A stretch of DNA of 64,000 bases. Origin: Eledone cirrhosa. Lineage: Eukaryota. The stretch lies in NCBI GenBank assembly GCA_964016885.1, contig CAXHJY010001768.1, positions 62,001 to 126,000 on the forward strand, written 5' to 3'. Both the position numbers and the translations under genes were made by a program. Each line of letters opens with the position of its first letter. Position 1 is the first letter of the stretch. Under the pieces are notes generated by a model. It did not search any database. It saw nothing but the letters and a program-made list of their open reading frames with translations, and was not told the origin of the DNA. Of this stretch, positions 1-11,679 are shown piece after piece.

Positions 1-294
1 ATGGAAGCTAAAATACCTCTCTGTTAAATATAGGTTCAGGAAAGCTCTACATGAGACATATAATGAAAGGGAAGAGGATATAGATACATATGACAGAGAG
101 GACAACTGCAATCCACAGATGAAACCCTTGGCTGGAACAAGGTTCCAACCAGACGAAGGGTGACCCTGTGGTGGAACAGCACTGTAGACTAAAGCTAAAC
201 GACAGGCAGACACGGAAAGACAGGGAAAATGGCAGCAACAAAGAACACTATCAAGCATCTAAGAAAAAAAGCTAGACTTCTAGTTTAATAGCAC

Positions 295-726
295 TTGACC
301 CCTTTGTTACCAGCCTAGCCAAAACCAGCTCGGGTTCTATGAAATAAAACCATCCATTTTAAAGGTTTCTAGTTTAAATTTAAATCTTCCAACATAATTT
401 CATATAAGAACCTTACATTAAGTTACTATCTTGTGGATTGGCAGTATCAGTAGAGGGTCGGACGCCATGCTTTCCAGCATAGTTACGTCCCTTTACGATC
501 TGAGTTCAAATCCCGCCGAGGTTGACTTTGCCTTTCATCCTTACGGGGTCGATAAAATAAAGTACCAGTAATGCACTGGGTAATTGCTGGCCTTGTGCCT
601 TAAGTAGAAACAATTAAGTTACTATCTTAGTAATGAAATAATTAATAATTTTAGTAAATGCCTTACAATTCTTCATTAATTAATTAAAACATTAATTAAT
701 TAGAAACGTGGTGATGAAAGGGTTAA
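295..726. mobile_element. piggyBac-type MITE, family A, copy 1, carrying an internal SINE
   Basis: Ends TTGA|CCCCTT...AAGGG|TTAA; homologous along its length to 61972-62420. Confidence 0.7.
433..612 (+). mobile_element. tRNA-derived SINE (family S1)
   Basis: B-box-like GAGTTCAAATCC; 16-bp TSD ATTAAGTTACTATCTT at 417-432 and 613-628; further copies at 9208, 27823, 58875 and 62111. Confidence 0.85.
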
Positions 727-978
727 GAAAGTAGAAAACAAGATTTGCCAACGTTCTGCACATTGCAAAGCAGTGTATCAGTGTAAATGTATTTGAAATT
801 ACATCAGTGCACTTAGCCTCATTGATGCCCAGAAAAAAGAGGCCTGGAAATGCTACCATGAGAGGTAGATGAATATGGAGAATGAGTGACAGGAAGAGAG
901 GCTACCCCCGGTAGACTCAACAGAGGGACAAACTATCAAAGTTGACAGTTATAGGGTCAAAGAAGCAACCAGGGAGAT

Positions 979-1241
979 CTTCTTCGCCCACTTATTCCTG
1001 AGAAGGTTGTGGTGACAGAGTCTTCAAACACTCCTTCCAGTGGGTCTTGTTAGAAGCAACCATCTCCAACTGATCTGGTTGGATCCCCAATCGAGAACAG
1101 CCAAGCTTATGGATGTTATCCAACCATCTTACTCAGGGTCAACCCCTGGGTCTCTCATCAGTTGGTTTTTCCCGTAAAATCTGTCCAACAATTCTTTCCT
1201 GAGAATTTCTAACCACATACTGATTCTCGGCATGTGGTTAG
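979..1241 (-). mobile_element. 5'-truncated 3' end of a second RTE/Expander-like LINE
   Basis: Flanked by a 12-bp TSD AA(C/T)CAGGGAGAT (967-978, 1242-1253). The minus strand reads RPRG.P.VRWLDNI..LG.SRLGI-like, with a short (GAA) tail and a small 5' hairpin at 1207-1243. Confidence 0.6.
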
Positions 1242-2991
1242 AATCAGGGAGATGAAAAATTAAAAAGCTTTTAGACTATCAGGGTTAACTGTTGAGATGC
1301 TGAAATTAACTGGTGAAGCAGGAGTCAAGCCAGTCACCTGCAGAGTCAATCAGGTAATACATAACAGTATGAGACCCAATTACTGGTATAGCAGCATAAT
1401 CATTTACTGTTACAAGGGAAAAGGAGATGCTTTTAGAAAGGAGAAAATACAGAGGCATAAACTAACGGATCAAGTTATGGAAGTGACAGAAAGACTTTTA
1501 GCACAACTAATTAGGGAAATAGTCAAATTAGATAAGATGCAGTTTGGTTCTGTGCCAGAAAGAAGCACCACAGGTGCCCTGTTCTTAAAGAGACAACTAC
1601 AAGAGAAGTTTCTAGCTAAGTGTAAACTGCTATATCTAACTTTTGTTGATCTGAGGCATACTTTGAAGGATGTGATGTTAATGTGTATGAATAGCAAGGC
1701 ATGGATGAGCTGAGAAAGAAACTAAGTATAAGAGGTATTAAATGAAGTATACAAGAGAAAAGAATGTGCTGGTATGGCTATATGATGCATATGGATGATA
1801 ATCATTGGGTGAAGAAGTGCCAAGATTTCCCAGTGGAATGAAGTTGTAGTAGAGGACGGGCAAGGAAAACCTTGACAGAAGTGGAGACAGATCTCAAAAC
1901 ACTGATCTTCAGAGAGATGACGAATAAATGCAATTGGAAAGGACCTGTTCAAACCATGCAAGCATGGAGAAGCAGACATAAAAAGGATATGTGTATATAT
2001 ATATATATATATATCATGACAAAAAGCATCACACTGTAAAGTGGTCGTGTAGGTGTCACGACAAAAAGTACCCAGCACACACTGTAAATGTGATTGGCGT
2101 TAAAAAGGACATCCAGCCGTAGAAACCAAGCTGAAATCAGTTCTGTGTGAGCGAAATATGTTCATCTGACCTGATCTCTCACAAAAAGACAGCCTGTCTC
2201 TTCCCACCACTGCTCCTATTTTCACTCTTGAATATGGCTGCCTTGCAGCAAAGTGACCTCTCTAGTGTAGTGTCACTATAAAATGCACTAAATACATTCC
2301 ATGAAGTGGTTGGGAGGAGTCTTCAATTATGTCAAGGACCTGACAACCTCTTAAGTGTTGGTGCCATGATAAAATGCACCCAATGTACTCTGTAGAATGG
2401 TCAACATCAAAAAGGACAACCAGCCTTAGTAACTATGTCCTCTTCTCTCAACCCCACCAAAAGGACAGAAAAGACTCTTCTGCCACACCAAGGACATGAC
2501 ATCCTCCTTGGTACTGGAGCCATGATAAAATACACCCAATAAACTCTGTAAAGTGGTTAGCATCAAGCAGGGCATCCAGTCATAGAAACCATTCCAACAC
2601 TGGAATGTATCCGAGATATGGTCCTTTGAATATGTAGCCCCAATTAAGAACTGACTTGGTCTGTAACAATCTGTCTAACTAATGCCAGCATGAGAAAACA
2701 GATATCAAATTATGATGATGATGATGATTTATAAAATATGTGGGTGCGTGTTTTTGGTCTATCAGTCTTGGTGCAACAAACTCTGGAGGGAAATAAACCA
2801 ACTATTGCTTGGAATACAACAACAAAAGAAAAATAAATTCAAAGACCTTGTTTTCAGTGGTGTAGCATTATATATGCATATATTTATTTGTAAACAGACA
2901 CAGACACACACACACACAAATACATGCATGCATATATATATATATATATACACAAACACACACATGCATGCATATATATATATATACACAA

Positions 2992-3038
<47 letters not shown>

Positions 3039-3484
3039 CGCTCACACACATACACATACACAAATCTTTATGTTCATGTATATTTAAAACCTCGAACAAA
3101 TGTGTGCTTATCTCAAGTGCCCCTGCCTTAATCCATCCTCTTTGATGAGTAATGATACATCTGCTCTCCACACTTGACTAAACCCTGTACCCAGATCAAT
3201 AAACTGCAGTATTAGAACCAGAGAACCAAAGAACCAGGCTGGATGTTACAACTAATGCACCAAAAACTTAAGTATTACTCAAAGAGTTGTAGATTCGCTA
3301 GAATGTTGGACAAGATGCCTTATAGCTTTTGGCATTTTTAGTTCAAATCCTCTTGTAGTCAACTTGGGTAGTAGGCTTAATCTGTTGTCTAGTTTAACAC
3401 TACAACCTAGTCCATGGGTGTCTTTAATGGAGTCCATTCTGTTGCAGTTTGAGGATACCATCCTTCCTCTCTCTCTCTCTTATT

Positions 3485-5825
3485 GGTCTCAGAGACACCG
3501 GAAAGAGTTAAAGGCACTGGCTTTCCTCTCACTGGTCTCAGAGACTCTAAAAAGGGTTACAGGCACTGCATTTCCTCTCAGTAGTCTCAGAGACTCTAAA
3601 AAGGGTTACAGGCACTGCATTTCCTCTCAGTAGTCTCAGAGACTCTAAAAAGGGTTACAGGCACTGCATTTCTTCTCAGTAGTTTCAGAGACTCTAAAAA
3701 GGGTTACAGGCAGTGCATTTCCTCTCAGTTGTCTCAGAGACTCTAAAAAGGGTTACAGGCACTGCATTTCCTCTCCGTAGTCTCAGAGACTCTAAAAAGG
3801 GTTACAGGCAGTGCATTTCCTCTCCGTAGTCTCAGAGACTCTAAAAAGGGTTACAGGCACTGCATTTCTTCTCAGTAGTTTCAGAGACTCTAAAAAGGGT
3901 TACAGGCACTGCATTTCCTCTCAGTAGTCTCAGAGACTCTAAAAAGGGTTACAGGCACTGCATTTCCTCTCCGTAGTCTCAGAGACTCTAAAAAGGGTTA
4001 CAGGCAGTGCATTTCCTCTCCGTAGTCTCAGAGACTCTAAAAAGGGTTACAGGCAGTGCATTTCCTCTCCGTAGTCTCAGAGACTCTAAAAAGGGTTACA
4101 GGCACTGCATTTCTTCTCAGTAGTTTCAGAGACTCTAAAAAGGGTTACAGGCAGTGCATTTCCTCTCAGTTGTCTCAGAGACTCTAAAAAGGGTTACAGG
4201 CAGTGCATTTCCTCTCCGTAGTCTCAGAGACTCTAAAAAGGGTTACAGGCACTGCATTTCTTCTCAGTAGTTTCAGAGACTCTAAAAAGGGTTACAGGCA
4301 GTGCATTTCCTCTCAGTTGTCTCAGAGACTCTAAAAAGGGTTACAGGCAGTGCATTTCCTCTCCGTAGTCTCAGAGACTCTAAAAAGGGTTACAGGCACT
4401 GCATTTCTTCTCAGTAGTTTCAGAGACTCTAAAAAGGGTTACAGGCAGTGCATTTCCTCTCAGTTGTCTCAGAGACTCTAAAAAGGGTTACAGGCAGTGC
4501 ATTTCCTCTCCGTAGTCTCAGAGACTCTAAAAAGGGTTACAGGCACTGCATTTCTTCTCAGTAGTTTCAGAGACTCTAAAAAGGGTTACAGGCAGTGCAT
4601 TTCCTCTCCGTAGTCTCAGAGACTCTAAAAAGGGTTACAGGCACTGCATTTCTTCTCAGTAGTCTCAGAGACTCTAAAAAGGGTTACAGGCACTGCATTT
4701 CTTCTCAGTAGTTTCAGAGACTCTAAAAAGGGTTACAGGCAGTGCATTTCCTCTCAGTAGTCTCAGAGACTCTAAAAAGGGTTACAGGCAGTGCATTTCC
4801 TCTCCGTAGTCTCAGAGACTCTAAAAAGGGTTACAGGCACTGCATTTCCTCTCCGTAGTCTCAGAGACTCTAAAAAGGGTTACAGGAACTGCATTTCCTC
4901 TCAGTAGTCTCAGAGACTCTAAAAAGGGTTACAGGAACTGCATTTCCTCTCAGTAGTCTCAGAGACTCTAAAAAGGGTTACAGGCACTGCATTTCCTCTC
5001 CGTAGTCTCAGAGACTCTAAAAAGGGTTACAGGCACTGCATTTCCTCTCCGTAGTCTCAGAGACTCTAAAAAGGGTTACAGGCACTGCATTTCCTCTCCG
5101 TAGTCTCAGAGACTCTAAAAAGGGTTACAGGCACTGCATTTCCTCTCCGTAGTCTCAGAGACTCTAAAAAGGGTTACAGGAACTGCATTTCCTCTCAGTA
5201 GTCTCAGAGACTCTAAAAAGGGTTACAGGAACTGCATTTCCTCTCAGTAGTCTCAGAGACTCTAAAAAGGGTTACAGGCACTGCATTTCCTCTCAGTAGT
5301 CTCAGAGACTCTAAAAAGGGTTACAGGCACTGCATTTCCTCTCAGTAGTCTCAGAGACTCTAAAAAGGGTTACAGGCAGTGCATTTCCTCTCAGTAGTCT
5401 CAGAGACTCTAAAAAGGGTTACAGGCAGTGCATTTCCTCTCCGTAGTCTCAGACTCTAAAAAGGGTTACAGGCACTGGCTTTCCTCTCAGTAGTCTCAGA
5501 GACTCTAAAAAGGGTTACAGGCAGTGCATTTCCTCTCAGTAGTCTCAGAGACTCTAAAAAGGGTTACAGGCAGTGCATTTCCTCTCAGTAGTCTCAGAGA
5601 CTCTAAAAAGGGTTACAGGCAGTGCATTTCCTCTCCGTAGTCTCAGACTCTAAAAAGGGTTACAGGCTCTGGCTTTCCTCTCAGTAGTCTCAGAGACTCT
5701 AAAAAGGGTTACAGGCACTGCATTTCCTCTCCGTAGTCTCAGAGACTCTGAAAAGGGTTACAGGCACTGGATTTCCTCTCAGTAGTCTCAGAGACTCTGG
5801 AAAAGTTTAATGGCACTGGCTTTCC
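3485..5825. repeat. 49-bp minisatellite, about 47 copies
   Basis: Unit TAGTCTCAGAGACTCTAAAAAGGGTTACAGGCACTGCATTTCCTCTCAG; the terminal units are degenerate. Confidence 0.97.
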
Positions 5826-6217
5826 ATCATTCACGAAACAGTGTTAAACACTCGGTGGAGGCAAGACTGTACTTGGATAAGTGAATCATCCTTAGTGAAT
5901 AAAATAAATGACTATATAAATACATAAATAATCATTGGGTGTGAGTGCAGTGGAGTGGAGGAAGTGAGAGGGGTAGCAGATAGGGTGGATGGAAGAAAAT
6001 GCTGGGTTGAATAAGAGGAGAGTAAAAGGCGGTGGGGGTTGAAGTGGTGGATGAGTGAAGGGTAGTGGATTGATGGATGTGGTGGGGGTGTGTCCATCAA
6101 TGTTGTTGTGTTAGGATGTTGGGGGAAGAGAGCGAAAAGTACTGCAGCTTGGCTGAACTTCTGATTCACCTTAAGCCACACCTTACCACACACTCAAATA
6201 TACACACACACACATGC

Positions 6218-6252
<35 letters not shown>

Positions 6253-6933
6253 GAAAGAAAGAGAGAGAGAGATAGAGAGAGAGAGAGGAGAGAGAGGCAG
6301 TTACTGTGATGCTTTTACTGGTTTCAGTCATTAAACCGTGGCCATACTGGGACACCAAATTGAAGAGATTTAGTGGATCATAGTAGCCCCAGTACTTTTT
6401 CAAAGCTCATGCATATTTTATCCTTGTGAACCACAAAGTTAGGGGACATAAATAAACAGACACACATACACAGACAGATACACACACATATATGCACACA
6501 CACACATATATATATACTTGCAATGGGATTCTGAACAATTTCCATTTACTAAATTTCACTTATAAGACATAGGTCAAGCTGAATCTATAGTAGAAAACAC
6601 TTGCCTAACATTCCACTCAGTGAGACTGAGGACAGTAATAAAGAGAAATAGACCAAGGACTGAACCTTCATGAACAATCTACTTGTACATTGAAATCATG
6701 TGGTTGTGAAGTGAACTCTTTAACCACACAGCTATACACAAGATGGTGTAGGACAGAACAAAGGGGAGACACAAAATAGAAACCTAGTCACTGAGGAGGT
6801 CATAGAATGTGTGACAAAAGAGCTTTGACAACATATAAACAACCATCCGGTTATCGAACCAACCAACCAATCAACCGGAAATTTATAATAAATTGAAGTG
6901 AAAACCAACAGGTGTATGACCCTCCCAAAGTAT

Positions 6934-7007
<74 letters not shown>

Positions 7008-7015
<8 letters not shown>

Positions 7016-7342
7016 CTGATGGTAGTTAAGATGCTTCCATAGGCGGTATGCCGGTTGAGCACTCTATGCTCTTACAGAGCAGAGTATGGTAGAATAGAAA
7101 ACGAAAAATCAGTGATGTATCTGAACTCGATTTATTGTATGTTACAATTGTTTCCCCGGTGGACAGCTCGAGACGCGATCATTGTGTGGATCTGTCTGAT
7201 CATTAGACGTGTCCGTCGAACCTGCGGGTCCAGAATCAGACAGATCCACACAATGATCGCGTCTCGAGCTGTCCGCCGGGGAAACAATTGTAACACAATA
7301 AATTGAGTTCTGGTGCATCACTGATTTTTTGTTTTTTATTCT
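7008..7342. mobile_element. Fold-back element (about 110-bp inverted arms plus a one-sided tail), Penelope-like pseudo-LTR candidate
   Basis: Arms 7091-7200 and 7235-7342, 34-nt loop. The tail 7008-7095 recurs inverted at ~53365-53455. Each arm contains GAAACAATTGTA followed by AATAAA. Confidence 0.6.
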
Positions 7343-7670
7343 CTCTCTCTATATATATATATAATCATCATCATCACCATCATCATTTTATGTCCGCTTT
7401 TCTCTGCTTGCAAGGGTGGGACGATATATATATATATGTATACAGTCTGTTCGCTTTTTATGCAAACTTGAAGTACACAAAGTCACTTTAATGCCTCTTG
7501 AAAAAATATTATCAAATATTCACTTTGTGAGAATAACACGGTATAACACGTGTCGTGTTTAATTTTTTTTTGTTTATGGGAAAATTAAACTTGAATTACC
7601 CGAATTTGCTTTCAAGAACGCATCTTCAGGTATGAAGCGAACACACTGCACATACATATATATATATATG

Positions 7671-7802
<132 letters not shown>

Positions 7803-8652
7803 CAGTAGTCAGTGTTGCAGCATATGTACAAACTTTATTGGCCTATTACAATTGTTTTGATATCAATTAGCTATTCTTCAACATCATCTCAGATATGCAA
7901 ATTTTTATGTGCAAAGACACACATATATATAAGCCCAGGAGAGACAGGGTTAAAAAATGGGGACGTCCTCAGTCTTGCATTCTTACAGGGTGGATAAAAT
8001 AAAATACCAGTAACGCACTGGAGTCGATTGAGTTAACTTCACCCTTCCCTTCAAATTGTTGGCCTTGTGCCAAATGTAGAAACAATTATAGATGTCTGAA
8101 TATATATATATATATTTATATATATATATATATACATATATAGATGTCTGAATAAAGGATGGGATGGTCACAGCTGGAATGTCTTTAATCATAAATCTGC
8201 TGGATCGGAGATGACAGAGCTAAATAACACAAATAACAATACAACACCACCAAATGGTACTTCAAGCTTTAGAAAACACACAAACTCACACAAAAGGCCC
8301 TTAAATTTCTCCCTACTGATACCTAATTTCTTTCAATATATACAAGGGTTAAGGAGGATTGAGTCATGTTTATGTTTAGATGTGTAACTTATTCAGGGAA
8401 TCGAATTTGAGAATGTGTAATTGAATTATCTGCCTAAACAACATAGCCCGCCCCCTGCCAGAACTACACCACCCCTCATCCAACTTTTCTTTCTTCTTCA
8501 CTCTATTTACTTATTTCTTCCCCCCACCACAACCCGCTCTCTCTCTCTCTCTCTCCCATTTAGTACAATTGCAGGAACTGTTATGGATATACAAGAATAC
8601 ACATATGTGCAAACACACACACATGCATTCATTCATGTATGTTATGAGTGTG

Positions 8653-8774
<122 letters not shown>

Positions 8775-9207
8775 CGAGAGAGAGAGAGAGAGAGAGACGT
8801 GTGTGTGAGAAGAGAGAGAGGGGGAGAGGGAGAGTTAGTCACATGACATCAGTGTGGAAAGTGAATCAGCCACTCATCATTGCCGCTTGACCTGCTGGGT
8901 AAAACCTGTTAACCCCTAGACAGGGCAGAGCTCTTCAGAAGTAGTAGAAATAGAGGAGGAGAAGACCTCACAACTACCAACAATGTGCCTCAACAACAAA
9001 CTGTACAAACTACACAGACCCATCACTACATGTGTTGGTGGAGGCTGGAGTGTTGGAGTGTACCCCCTCCCTCATTACAACCCAAGGACTTTAGACACAT
9101 TACTGTTTCTATCCTTTACTTTACATTCTTCTGGTCTTAAATATAATTTGGTGCATTACTTTATAGAATCAAAATCTTTTAATTCCTTATTATTTTACTA
9201 GTGTATG

Positions 9208-9391
9208 GCGGTGGATTGGCAGTATCGGTAGAGGGTCGGACGCCATGCTTTCCAGCATAGTTACGTCCCTTTACGATCTGAGTTCAAATCCCGCCGAGGT
9301 TGACTTTGCCTTTCATCCTTACGGGGTCGATAAAATAAAAGTACCAGTAATGCACTGAGTAATTGCTGGCCTTGTGCCTAAAGTAGAAACA
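9208..9391 (+). mobile_element. tRNA-derived SINE (family S1), free-standing young copy
   Basis: 19-bp TSD ATTATTTTACTAGTGTATG (9189-9207, 9392-9410); near-identical to 433-612. Confidence 0.85.
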
Positions 9392-9406
9392 ATTATTTTA
9401 CTAGTG

Positions 9407-9903
9407 TATGAGTCGGCTGAAAAGTTCATGGGCTGACTATGAAGGAATGATGTTAAGGCTGTGAAATCTTGCATGCATTAACTTCAACTCTTCTTATTAA
9501 TAACTGCATTATTTCTTTCCTGTGACTGTGTTGAAAAATAAACCTCATTTGGTCATTCCATGAGAGTATCTTGGTCAGCCAATGAAGGAATGATGTTAGA
9601 GCTGTGAAATCTTATATGCATCAATTTCAACTCTTCTTATTAATAACTGCATGGTTTCTTTCCAGGGACTGTGTTGAAAAGTAAACCTCATTTGGCCATT
9701 CCATGAGAGTATCTTGGTCAGCCTATGAACTTTTCAGCTGACCCACATATGATTATGAAGGAATGATGCTAGAGCTGTGAAATCTTGCATGCATTAACTT
9801 CAACTCTTATTAATAATTGCATTGTTTCTTTCCAGGGACTGTGTTGAAAAATAAACCTCATTTGGTCATTCCGTGAGAGTATCTTGGTCAGCCGGCCCTT
9901 GTA
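9407..9903. mobile_element. Mariner-type MITE with tandemly repeated internal unit
   Basis: TIRs TA|TGAGTCGGCTGAAAAGTTCATGGGCTGAC ... GTCAGCCTATGAACTTTTCAGCTGACCCACA|TA; internal ~150-bp unit present three times; sister copy at 59101-59437. Confidence 0.7.
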
Positions 9904-10035
9904 TATGGCCTCTGCTGCTAAATTTCAACATTATTATTTAAAACAATGAAATCATCATCATCATCATTCACTGCAACATCATTGTTGTCAACATTCACAA
10001 CAACAATAACAACAATAACAATAACAGGTTCTTAC

Positions 10036-10110
10036 CTGGATATGAAGACAGGTGCTATGTCAATACATGAAAAGGTAAATATCCCAAATTGTCATAACAG
10101 CAAGGCTTAC
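10036..10110 (-). other. Candidate 75-nt non-coding or poison exon / recursive splice site
   Basis: Minus strand: tttctattattacag|GTAAGC...ATATCCAG|gtaaga; stop codons in all three frames. Confidence 0.35.
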
Positions 10111-10490
10111 CTGTAATAATAGAAAGGTAAATAATGTTAATAGACATACATTACATATTTAGGTGCATGCACATGTGTGTGTATATGTGTGTATGTGAGT
10201 ATGTGTGTATAATGTATGAAATGTATAATGTGGTGCTGCATGATAGTGGTATTGGCTCTACTATTTTACTGGCATATTCCATCAACTTCAGAGGCAAAAA
10301 ATACAGAACATAAAGGGATGTAACTAGATACCACAGTCAGAGCCAGAATGTCTTTCATCATAGGTCTGCTTGGGAACTGACCAGTGGCTAGACAAAAACA
10401 ACAACCATATAACATCTAACATAATTATGTTGAAGGCAGCAAATTGGCAGTCATTAGAGCACTGGACATCGGGTTCTTTGCAATCTGAGT

Positions 10491-10732
10491 TTAACCCTTT
10501 AGCATTTGTACTGGCAGTATCTGGTCAGAATTCTCTCACCTCATTTTGTTCAAACTGGCTGTAACCAGCCGCTCATACTGATGCTATGGTATTGTTCTCA
10601 AAATAAATAATATCAAAATCTCATAGATTTGATATTATGTGAGATAATTATGTGAGATAATTATGTAAGGTAAAGCCTTTACCACGAAAATACAATAGTA
10701 AATATAGAGTAATGCAAACGCTAAAGGGTTAA
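10491..10732. mobile_element. piggyBac-type MITE, family B (empty copy)
   Basis: TTAA|CCCTTTAGCATTTG ... CAAACGCTAAAGGG|TTAA; further copies at 27701-28088 and 45721-45897. Confidence 0.85.
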
Positions 10733-11590
10733 ATCTCAGCACAGTCGCCTGTTGCCATTCATCCTTTCAAGGCTGACAAAATATAGAAGCAGGCAAGCGC
10801 AGTAGATTAGCAGAATATTTAGATCAGATACCATGCAGTGTTTGTCTTTTTCCACATAATAACGTAATTTTATTGTAAAAGAAAATGCAAGGGTCTTTTG
10901 TGGTTATGAAAATGGAAAAGGAAGGGAAAGGCAAGGACTCAAGTGTCACAGAAGAATGGGGAGGGGGATTCTGGCTCTTTGGATTCTGAGTTCAAATTCT
11001 GCTGTGGTTTACTGGCAAAAGTCTCTGTGTGTTATGTGTAGGGGTGGGGGGGGGGTGCATAATTCATCACCTTTAGCAGAGACTACAAGTCTACTCTGTG
11101 GCAAGCATTTGTCTTAAGACTTCAGCTTGAGACTGTCTCCCTCTCCCCCATCCCCAGCTCCACCAGTCTTGGAGGCCACTGAAAAAAGTCCTGCCTCCAG
11201 ACTGGTGGAAAGGAGAGAAGGATCATTGTTAAACTGAAGGCCTAGGCTGAATGTCTAGCCATTAAATTAAATAAAAGATAACCAGACTTATGACATGACT
11301 TGCTCCATATATATCTGGAGACATTGCTCCAGTATGGCCACAGCAGTGATGGTTAGACCAAGCTAAACAATCAAAGAATCTAAGATGTTAGAATCTGCTG
11401 TTAATTAACTTGTATACATCTTGGTGTAATTAAAAATATTACAATCGTTATCAAAAGGACCCCACCTGAATCCCAAGCCTCCATCCACCACCACTATCAC
11501 CAACTTTACAATCCCCCCCTGTCCTTCAATGTGGGATCAATAAATTAATACAATATTTTCCAGAGTAGAGTCTGGAGAACAACAATAACA

Positions 11591-11639
<49 letters not shown>

Positions 11640-11679
11640 TTATATTGATAATAGTCATCATTTTTTTTATCATCATCAC

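Larger units (their letters stand above)
1..1985 (+). pseudogene. Old degenerate RTE-clade LINE fragment (linker + RT + C-terminus), interrupted by later insertions
   Basis: Broken translations resemble the intact RTE in this window: RRRVTLWWNS (~150-180), KKEAWKCYHER (~835-865), ORF 1297-1713 ([26 protein letters not shown]). Many frameshifts and deletions. Confidence 0.85.

Noticed and set aside
3485-5825. CRISPR-like appearance of the regular repeat
   Set aside because: Units are contiguous with no unique spacers, there are no cas genes, and the context is eukaryotic.
7590-7635. Hammerhead-like CTGAAGATGC...GCAAATTCGGGTA on the minus strand
   Set aside because: The GAAA core and stems I/III are not intact.
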